In this document: piece by piece, positions 25,553 to 32,000 of the stretch
Numbering within the stretch: position 1 is the stretch's first letter
Layout of the letters: the number at the start of each line of letters is the position of its first letter
NCBI RefSeq assembly: GCF_000017945.1
Contig: NC_009776.1
Span: forward strand, 480,001 to 512,000
DNA from: Ignicoccus hospitalis KIN4/I
GTDB taxonomy: Archaea; Thermoproteota; Thermoprotei_A; Sulfolobales; Ignicoccaceae
Direction: 5' to 3'
DNA length: 32,000 nt
Program-made: the position numbers and the translations under genes
The notes under the pieces: model-generated
Told to the model about the DNA's origin: nothing
Database searches by the model: none
Seen by the model: only the letters and a program-made list of their open reading frames with translations

Positions 25553-26631
25553 TCGGCCGTTAGGCCGTGGAACTTGCCCTTGAAGTTTAGCTTGAAGCCA
25601 CACTTGGGGCAGCGGAAGTCGTCCGTGAGCTTCCAAGCTACTATATAGAAGCCGTACCTCTCCACCACGAGCTCCCCGCACTTGGGGCAGTACGTGTGTT
25701 CGTAAGGGTGGCCGGGGACGTTGCCTATGTAAGCGTAGTGCATCCCTAGCTTCTTGGCCAGCTCTACGTGCTTCTCTAGGGTCTCGACGGGAGTCGGCGG
25801 CACGTCCCTCATTAAGTAGTCTGGGTGGAAGCGCAGGAAGTGCATTGGAGTCTCTGGGCCCAACAGCTCCTTTACCCTCTTTATTAGCCTCTCAGCGTCC
25901 TCCAGCTTATCTCCGTACTTCGGGACGACCAAATCAGTAATTTCGATGAACCAGCCGACCTCCTTCATAACCTTCAAGCTTTCGAATATGGGCTCTGGGT
26001 CCGGGACTCCCATGAACCTCCTGTAGAACTCCTTGTTCGCGTTGCCCTTGAAGTCTACGGTGACGGCGTCCATGTAGTTCCCGAGTTTCCTTATCGCTTC
26101 CGGAGTGATGTAGCCGTTGGTTACCATCGTGTTGAAGAGGCCATGTTTCTTCGCTATTTTTGCGACGTCATACATGAACTCGAAGAATATGGTAGGCTCG
26201 TTGTAGGTGTAGCTTATGCCGTCCGCTCCCAAGTCCAAGGCGAGCTGGACCACCCTCTCGGGCTCCAAGTACTTTCCGTAGATCTGTTCCCTCCTACTTT
26301 GGCTTATCTCCCAGTTCTGACAGAACTTGCAGAAGAAGTTACATCCGGCCGTTGAAATGCTGAATACCTTAGCTCCCGGGTGGAAGTGCATCAATGGCTT
26401 TTTCTCTATAGGATCCAAGTTGGCGGCGGTTACGTAGCCGTACACGAGCGTATACAGTTTTCCGTTTATGTTGGCCCTAACCCCACAGACCCCGTAGGTG
26501 TTCGGGGGGAGCTTGCACCTCCTCCAACAGAGGTCGCACTCCACCCAACCGTTTCCCAAGTCCTTGGTTAGGTCGGGGTCGGCCTCCCTAACCCAAGGCT
26601 TTCCCAACCACTTCTTAGCGAGGTCTTCCAT
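25540..26631 (-). CDS. amrS: AmmeMemoRadiSam-type radical SAM protein
   Basis: ECDLCWRRCKLPPNTYGVCGVRANINGKLYTLVYG, CNFFCKFCQNWEISQ (CxxxCxxC) and GISYTYNEPTIFFEF. Confidence 0.88.
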   Translation of the reverse strand: MEDLAKKWLGKPWVREADPDLTKDLGNGWVECDLCWRRCKLPPNTYGVCGVRANINGKLYTLVYGYVTAANLDPIEKKPLMHFHPGAKVFSISTAGCNFFCKFCQNWEISQSRREQIYGKYLEPERVVQLALDLGADGISYTYNEPTIFFEFMYDVAKIAKKHGLFNTMVTNGYITPEAIRKLGNYMDAVTVDFKGNANKEFYRRFMGVPDPEPIFESLKVMKEVGWFIEITDLVVPKYGDKLEDAERLIKRVKELLGPETPMHFLRFHPDYLMRDVPPTPVETLEKHVELAKKLGMHYAYIGNVPGHPYEHTYCPKCGELVVERYGFYIVAWKLTDDFRCPKCGFKLNFKGKFHGLTAEWYP

Positions 26632-26635
26632 GCTT

Positions 26636-27079
26636 TCAAGCCCCCTTCTTCCGGACCACGAGGACCGGACAGTGGGCGTGGTTGGCTACGTAGCGGGCTA
26701 CGCTGCCCAAAATTATTGCCTTGATTCCGCTAAGGCCCCTAGTGCCGAGGGCTATTAGGTCTGCGTCCAACTCCTTCGCGGTCTCCACTATGGTCTTGCC
26801 CACGTGGCCCTCCTTGATTAGGGTCGAGACCTTGAAGCCCTTGTCTTGGAACACCTTCGCCGACTCCTCCACTATCTTCTTGGCGTTCTCCTTAAGTTCC
26901 TCGAGGAGCTGTGCGACCAGCGAGGGCGGCGCGACGCTCTCTATGCCGAACTCCTCCATGCTGGGGATGACGTGAAGTACCACTACCTCCCACGAGTCCT
27001 TGTTCAACAAGTCGGAGACGTACTCTACGGCGTACTTGCTGTACTCGGAGCCATCGACGGCGACGAGCGCCTTCTTCAA
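26636..27079 (-). CDS. Universal stress protein family
   Basis: KKALVAVDGSEYSKYAVEYV and LGTRGLSGIKAIILGSVARYVANHAHCPVLVV nucleotide-binding signature. Confidence 0.92.
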   Translation of the reverse strand: MKKALVAVDGSEYSKYAVEYVSDLLNKDSWEVVVLHVIPSMEEFGIESVAPPSLVAQLLEELKENAKKIVEESAKVFQDKGFKVSTLIKEGHVGKTIVETAKELDADLIALGTRGLSGIKAIILGSVARYVANHAHCPVLVVRKKGA

Positions 27080-27128
27080 ACTCCTCCTCCCGCTACTAAA
27101 TACCTCACGAGAGGTTTTTGGATTGGGG

Positions 27129-27260
27129 TCAGCCGAGCGGCTTCTTCAATATATAGAGGAGTCCGAGGACGCTTAAGAGTAAGGATAGCGTTGCGAGCAC
27201 CAACACCATCACTTCGTCGAGCGCGGTTCCCGGTCGGAAGCGTCTGGGTCCGGCCACCAA
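27129..27260 (-). CDS. Very small single-TM protein (43 aa; not in the supplied ORF track in this frame)
   Basis: My translation from TTG 27260: (M)VAGPRRFRPGTALDEVMVLVLATLSLLLSVLGLLYILKKPLG; preceded by GGAGGTGATC. Confidence 0.5.
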   Translation of the reverse strand: MVAGPRRFRPGTALDEVMVLVLATLSLLLSVLGLLYILKKPLG

Positions 27261-27292
27261 TAGCCTGATCACCTCCCTCCTCCTCCCGGGGC

Positions 27293-28215
27293 CTAGTAGA
27301 GAGTGGAGAGCATTTCACACTGGGTCTTCGGGGGGTTACCTTCAACTACGTTTTCGAGGACGTCCACGAACTTCTTAATTATGGAGAGCGCGGGGCTGGA
27401 CTCTGGGGGTAGTTCAAAGAGGCCGGAGAGGCTAGGCTCTCCGCGAAGACGTCGTAAAGCTTGCCGTCGAAGGGTATGGCCATCGCTACCCGCCCGTTCA
27501 CCTCCTTGCAGAGCTCCAAGGCGTACTCCTTCGCCTTGTTAAACTCCTCCGGGGTCGGCCGGACCATGTTTATTATGGTACCGAGGACCGGGATGTTCTT
27601 AGTGTACCTCTGGTGCAGCTGAGCTATCAGCTGCACCATGTTAGGGTTGCTGTCGGAAAGCAAGTTTATCCAAGAGCTAGTAGTGGAGAGCAAGTGCTGA
27701 TACGTGTAATAGGTAGCCCACGAGGGGACCGGGTAGTCGTTGAACACTACGTCATACTCCTTTGCGAGCTTCTCTACCGAGCCTTTCATCTTGTTAACTA
27801 TCTTAATTACCTTCGACGTCTCGTTCATTTCCTCTAACAATCTGTTTATGTTATCTGGAACGTCGTCTTCGGTCACCGCAGGGACCAAGTGTACGGTCAC
27901 CGACCCCCTCCTACCGCTGATTACGGTATCCCTAACTGCCTCGGTTATATCCATCATACCTATTAGTACTTTCACCAAGCTCGGGCCCTCCTTTAGTTCC
28001 TTCAACAACCTCAAGGAGAGTCGCGGGCTCATGATGTCCCAGTCGATGAAGACCACCTCTCTGCCCCTTAGCACGAGCTGAACGCCGCTCTCCAGCTGTA
28101 TAGTGGTCTTACCGATGCCTCCCTTAGGGGACGAGTTGCCTATCGCGTTAGGTACAGTTACCCTCTCCTTCTTGACAGCCTCTAGATCAATGTTGGTACT
28201 GACCTTTTTACGCAT
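27293..28215 (-). CDS. ParA/MinD-like ATPase with an apparent C-terminal frameshift; uninterrupted ORF ends at 27379, conserved-looking tail continues in another frame to 27293
   Basis: SPKGGIGKTT deviant Walker A, VVFIDWDIMSPRLSLRLL, VVFNDYPVPSWATYY. Alternate-frame tail SLSGLFELPPESSPALSIIKKFVDVLENVVEGNPPKTQCEMLSTLY. Confidence 0.75.
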
Positions 28216-28316
28216 GAATATGAGCCTCAGTAACTTCAGCAAGTTTACCACAGGTCGGTCACCTCTTCCTCCTCTCTTTCCTTCGAGAGCTAGTAGATCT
28301 AGAAATCTTTAACGTT

Positions 28317-29027
28317 TCATCCTTGTCGACAAGGTACTACCCGCGTGCCCGGGCACTCCCCCTTCAAGAACTTCTCGAAGTTGACGACCTTTAGGCCGTT
28401 GAAGATGCACACCTCAGCGTAGCGCGCCGCCTCTTCCAGTACTTCTAGCTTCTTTCTCATTCCTCCGGTCACGTCTATGCCCTCGCTTCCCTTGGCCTCT
28501 ACGTCACAAGGGCTCGCCTCCTTCAAAGGGCCCCCTTTCGGGGGCCACGTCTCGTAAACCCCGTCGACGTCTGTCGCGACGCCGGCCCTCTCGGCGCCTA
28601 ACTCCTTCACGAGCTCGACCACTATCTCGTCGCCCGAAAGGACCCTTCCGGGGGGGACTACGTTACCCTGGACCACCGGGACCCAACCGGCCTTCGCGGC
28701 CAGCGCGAGGGGGCGAACGTTCAGCCTCCCGTCCCAAAGGGAGGGGGTGGAGTAGGGCGCGAATGGTTGGCCCAAGGCTTCGACTACCAAATTGGTCATT
28801 AAGTTCATTACCCTTATTACCTCAAAGCCTTTGTCCGCGAGGGTGTGCCCGCTCTCTATTATTTCCTTAACCTTTGGGTGGCCGAAGCTCCCCCCTCCGT
28901 GGACCACCACCAGCTCGCCGGCGTACTCCCTCAAGGAGTTGCCGATCTTCCCTATCAGTTCTTTGTTCAAGCTGTAGGGCACCTTCTTGTTGCTTATTAC
29001 GCTGCCCCCTAACTTTATCACTATCAA
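28317..29027 (-). CDS. ipk: Isopentenyl phosphate kinase (amino acid kinase fold)
   Basis: MIVIKLGGSVISNK, ELVVVHGGGSFGHPKVKE and ATDVDGVYE, typical of archaeal IPK. Confidence 0.87.
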   Translation of the reverse strand: MIVIKLGGSVISNKKVPYSLNKELIGKIGNSLREYAGELVVVHGGGSFGHPKVKEIIESGHTLADKGFEVIRVMNLMTNLVVEALGQPFAPYSTPSLWDGRLNVRPLALAAKAGWVPVVQGNVVPPGRVLSGDEIVVELVKELGAERAGVATDVDGVYETWPPKGGPLKEASPCDVEAKGSEGIDVTGGMRKKLEVLEEAARYAEVCIFNGLKVVNFEKFLKGECPGTRVVPCRQG

Positions 29028-29129
29028 CCCGTACGGCCCCCGAGAGCCGATGAGGAGCAGTGGGTCTGGCTAAAAACGGTGGCCGGGAACCCAAAGGCTG
29101 AGGCGTAAATTGAATTAAAGGTTGCTGGC

Positions 29130-29452
29130 GGCCCGAGGCCGCTATAGCCCACCTTCTGTACTGCGGCGGCATTTGGCTGAGCGGCCCTCCGGGACCCTCG
29201 CGCGGCCCTCCTCGGGTCCCAACGGCCTTGCTCCCCGGGGGGCGGCCGTTTCAGCCCGCCCGTCGGCTCACCGCTCCGGGTAGGGCCGCCCGTCGCCGGG
29301 GGCCCTCCCCTTCACGACTCCCCGAGGGGGGTCTCGTTTCTGTGCCGTTGCCCGGGCTCTCAACCCGGTCCCTCGCGGGACCCCGGCGCCGCGGGGAGGG
29401 TGGAGCTTCCTCAGGGCCTTGGAGGCCCCGTGGCCGCCAGCGGCCTCGGGCC
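29130..29452 (-). ncRNA. rnpB: RNase P RNA (archaeal)
   Basis: Minus strand has P1 helix GGCCCGAGGCCGC (29452-29440) pairing perfectly with GCGGCCTCGGGCC (29142-29130), CTGAGGAAGCTCCACCC (CR-I), GGCACAGAAACGAGACC (CR-IV) and near the 3' end GCAGTACAGAAGGTGGGCTATA. Confidence 0.92.
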
Positions 29453-29474
29453 GGGTGCCCTTCCTCGAAACGTC

Positions 29475-29484
29475 CTATTTAATT
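29475..29484 (-). promoter_or_regulatory. TATA box of rnpB
   Basis: AATTAAATAG on the minus strand centred about 27 nt upstream of the predicted RNA 5' end. Confidence 0.6.
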
Positions 29485-29500
29485 CGGGCTCTTCGCGAAG

Positions 29501-30814
29501 CTAGAACTCGTCTACAGTCTTGTTGTCGACCTTCAAGGAGCCCGTCACGGGCTCACCGCTGATTTTGTTCTTTTCCACTTCTTCTGCCAACAACTTCATG
29601 ATAACGTAAAATTGCAGCAACGCAAACGTGACATAGGGGAGGTTGTAGTAGCCCAGTTTCTTCGCTTCCTCCCACTTGTCCACCCTCCTGGGGCTCTCAA
29701 CGCGAGCTAACTTTGACAACGGAGTCTCCTTCCACATCTCCTTGATGCCGTTGTCCTCGGTTAATATAACCTTGCCGTCCAAGAGGAGGGGGTCTATCTG
29801 GAAGAAGGCCTTGTCGCACAAGTCGGTCGGGCTCGGAAAGACTAGGGCTTTCGCCTCCTCCATTACGTACTTGGCGAGGAGGCCGTAATAATTGGGGTTG
29901 GACCTCTTCAAACTTTCCTCGTACTTGTGCAAGAGTTCGTAGAGCGCGCACCTAGGCACTCTGGCCCGGAGGAGGCCGGCGTTGTGTAAGTTCAACGCCC
30001 CTATCAAGATGCTTGAAGTGTCCAAGATGTACTCCGTTGAGGCCCCCTCACCCCCCACCTTGATGGGGAGGAGGCCGGAGAGGTAGAGCGAGCTGTCGAA
30101 GCCCATCCAACTCCTCGAGCTTCTGCTCGCCTTGATGAACTCTTTCATGGCTCTCAAAGACGTGCTGAAGACCTTCTTGGTTTCCTCTTCCTCATTGCCG
30201 CACAGCTTAAATTTGACGCTCATAATGTTGAAGCCGCCCATCATCGCGTCTACCTTTACCTCGATTTCTGGACACTTCCTATCAGTAGCCTCGTTTATCC
30301 TCTTGGTCAGCTCGGCCACCCTTTTCCTTATAGGTCCCAAATGGTTCAGCTCGACCTTTATCTTGTCGGCATAATTAGTGAACTTCGTGTTGAAGTCACT
30401 CGAAGGCAAAAAGTAGACCTTCTGGAAGGTTCGGGGCACGTAGGGGAAGTACAGACCTCTCCATAAAGAGAAGGGGAAGCTCACGTGTGCTATAGTATTG
30501 AAGGCCTTCGAAGCGGCCGCGGCGAGGGAAGCGCCCCCGGGGGAGACCGCCACGACGTCCGCCTTGACCTCCTTCAACTTTTTAACTCTCTCCTCCAAAT
30601 CTGAATCAGAGTCGCTGGGGACCTCCTTCATCTCGACTTTAAACCCCGCCTTCTCTAGGAACTCCTTGAAGGTCTTAGCGTTCATCCTAGCTCCTTCCGA
30701 GCTAGTGTAAACTATTGTTACCTCCTCCGCGCCCAGCTCCTCCAAGACCCTAACCGAGGAAAAGGCGGCCTCGAGGTTGGGTCTCCCGGCTACGAGCAAA
30801 ACCGCGACCTTCAT
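29501..30814 (-). CDS. CARF-like Rossmann domain fused to a C-terminal PIN-like nuclease domain
   Basis: N-terminus MKVAVLLVAGRPNLEAAFSSVRVLEELGAEEVTIVYTSSEGARMNAKTF...ADVVAVSPGGASLAAAASKA resembles CARF. C-terminus YILDTSSILIGA...VPRCALYELLHKYEE...DGKVILTEDNGIKEMW resembles PIN. ATG 30814 overlaps the glyS stop; the supplied ORF is N-terminally over-extended. Confidence 0.7.
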   Translation of the reverse strand: MKVAVLLVAGRPNLEAAFSSVRVLEELGAEEVTIVYTSSEGARMNAKTFKEFLEKAGFKVEMKEVPSDSDSDLEERVKKLKEVKADVVAVSPGGASLAAAASKAFNTIAHVSFPFSLWRGLYFPYVPRTFQKVYFLPSSDFNTKFTNYADKIKVELNHLGPIRKRVAELTKRINEATDRKCPEIEVKVDAMMGGFNIMSVKFKLCGNEEEETKKVFSTSLRAMKEFIKASRSSRSWMGFDSSLYLSGLLPIKVGGEGASTEYILDTSSILIGALNLHNAGLLRARVPRCALYELLHKYEESLKRSNPNYYGLLAKYVMEEAKALVFPSPTDLCDKAFFQIDPLLLDGKVILTEDNGIKEMWKETPLSKLARVESPRRVDKWEEAKKLGYYNLPYVTFALLQFYVIMKLLAEEVEKNKISGEPVTGSLKVDNKTVDEF

Positions 30815-32000
30815 TGGGGCCCGGCCGAGACGGGCTCCCCGAGCTCCTCTATAGGGAAGCCGTTCAAGAAGGCCCTCAGCTTCCCCGGGAGCTCCTCGAC
30901 CCTTACGCGTACTTGCTTCCACGTGTCCCTGTCCCTCAGCGTTACGGTGTTGTCCTCAAGGGTCTGGAAGTCCACCGTTATGGCCGCCGGCACGCCCACC
31001 TCGTCGTACCTCGCGTACCTCCGCCCTATCGAACCCTTCTCGTCGTACTCCACGCGGAAGCCCGCGTCGGCCAAGAGCTTCCAGACCTCCTTGGCCTTCT
31101 CGACCAACGGCTTCTCTTCTAAGAGCGGCAGCACCACCGCTTCTATTGGAGCTAGCCTCCGGGGCAAGCTCAGCACTAGCCTCCCCTCCCTCTCCTTCAA
31201 GGCGTACTCTAAGGTGACGTACAACAACCTCTCCACGCCGAAGGAGGGCTCCACGACGTGGGGCACGAAGCGCTCTCCGGTCACCTTCTCCTCCGCCTCC
31301 TCTACCCACACCAAGCCCCTTTCCAACCTCTCGCCCGCCACCTCGACGTAGCCCTTCTCCTCCAAGCTCTTCTCCACCTCTTCGGGGTTCATCCTCTTCA
31401 GCTCCTCTATCACTTGCTTCGCCTTGGCCTTCAACCTTATACCTATTTCTTTTGCGTTCCACTTCACTACCTTTACCTTAACGACCTTAGGCTCCTTGTA
31501 CTTCCTGAAGGCGTACAGATCCTTGCCGCTGAACTTTATGTGCCTACTTAAGTCGTAGTCGCCCCGGTAGGCGTGGCCGCTGACCTCCATCCAGCCGTAG
31601 CGTTCAGTCTTCACCAACTGGTCGTACGTCTGGGAGGAGTAGTGGGCCCTCTCCTCCGGCCCTTTCTCCTCGAAGTACTGGTTCTCGTCGGGTACGCCCA
31701 ACTCGTTTAACAGCTCCTTGGCCTTCAACATCCAATAAGCCATCCACTTGTTTATTATCCATCCCTTCTCCAAGGCTTCTCTGACCGTCACCTCCACGGG
31801 CTCTTTCCTCCCCTCCTTAGCTAGCTCCCAAGGCAGGAGCCTCAGCTTGGCGTCGTAGTCCAACGGAGGTTCGCCGGGGTCCAAGGGGTCGATGAAGAAC
31901 TCTATCTCAGCTATTGTGAACTCCCTAAGCCTCAACAACCCTTGACGGGGAGATATCTCGTTCCTCCCTACTCTGCCTATCTGCGCTATCCCGAAGGGGA
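30811..32000 (-). CDS. glyS: Glycyl-tRNA synthetase, class II archaeal/eukaryotic type, truncated at right window edge
   Basis: FTIAEIEFFIDP, ERYGWMEVSGHAYRGDYDLSRH, FVPHVVEPSFGVERLLY, LAPIEAVVLPL and GSIGRRYARYDEVGVPAAITVDF. The frame continues to the window edge (FPFGIAQIGRVGRNEISPRQGLLRLREF). Confidence 0.95.
   Translation of the reverse strand, partial: PFGIAQIGRVGRNEISPRQGLLRLREFTIAEIEFFIDPLDPGEPPLDYDAKLRLLPWELAKEGRKEPVEVTVREALEKGWIINKWMAYWMLKAKELLNELGVPDENQYFEEKGPEERAHYSSQTYDQLVKTERYGWMEVSGHAYRGDYDLSRHIKFSGKDLYAFRKYKEPKVVKVKVVKWNAKEIGIRLKAKAKQVIEELKRMNPEEVEKSLEEKGYVEVAGERLERGLVWVEEAEEKVTGERFVPHVVEPSFGVERLLYVTLEYALKEREGRLVLSLPRRLAPIEAVVLPLLEEKPLVEKAKEVWKLLADAGFRVEYDEKGSIGRRYARYDEVGVPAAITVDFQTLEDNTVTLRDRDTWKQVRVRVEELPGKLRAFLNGFPIEELGEPVSAGPQ

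Noticed and set aside
27076-27345. 89-aa minus-strand ORF
   Set aside because: Arg/Pro-rich; overlaps a better-supported small membrane ORF in another frame and the ParA alternate-frame tail.
29045-29104. Possible C/D box sRNA (CGATGAG ... CTGA on plus)
   Set aside because: The C box deviates from RTGATGA and C'/D' boxes are not convincing; too weak to call without covariance or RNA data.
28867-29172. 101-aa plus-strand ORF
   Set aside because: Antisense to the isopentenyl phosphate kinase gene and to the 3' end of rnpB; charged low-complexity sequence.
29228-29482. 84-aa plus-strand ORF, Pro/Arg-rich
   Set aside because: Overlaps the RNase P RNA on the opposite strand; explained by GC-rich structured RNA.
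1-32000. CRISPR array to go with the CARF/PIN-like protein
   Set aside because: No regularly spaced direct repeats and no cas-like genes seen anywhere in the window.

Overview
This is a gene-dense window of about 32 kb with high GC. It comes from a hyperthermophilic archaeon, most likely a crenarchaeote; a Desulfurococcales/Ignicoccus-like origin is only an inference from gene content and style. Most of it is conserved housekeeping: NAD kinase, CbiX-like chelatase, DUF371, an ArsB/NhaD-type permease, archaeal shikimate kinase, a partial complex-I cluster (nuoL-M-A-B-CD with a fused CD), CTP-dependent riboflavin kinase, a XerA-like recombinase, a UbiD-family decarboxylase, a MobA-like nucleotidyltransferase, a GNAT acetyltransferase, CoaBC, an MFS carrier, DHH phosphoesterase, a CinA-like protein, Thi4, HisI, an AmmeMemoRadiSam-type radical SAM protein, a universal stress protein, a ParA/MinD-like ATPase, isopentenyl phosphate kinase and GlyRS (cut by the window end). 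RNA genes are tRNA-Arg(TCT), tRNA-Gln(CTG) and a strongly supported archaeal RNase P RNA. No CRISPR array was seen. The best candidate for something unusual is a protein with a CARF-like N-terminal Rossmann domain and a PIN-like C-terminal nuclease domain (29501-30814, minus). It is coupled to glyS by an ATGA overlap and sits directly upstream of the RNase P RNA gene. Other points worth checking are a MobA-like gene with no canonical start codon (GTA candidate), an apparent frameshift at the ParA-like C-terminus, a XerA-like gene with no stop whose tail runs antisense to a pair of tiny membrane-protein ORFs, an MFS gene whose last codons lie antisense within a tRNA, and two beta-propeller proteins. 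All calls were made by eye from the sequence and supplied translations; no database search was run.
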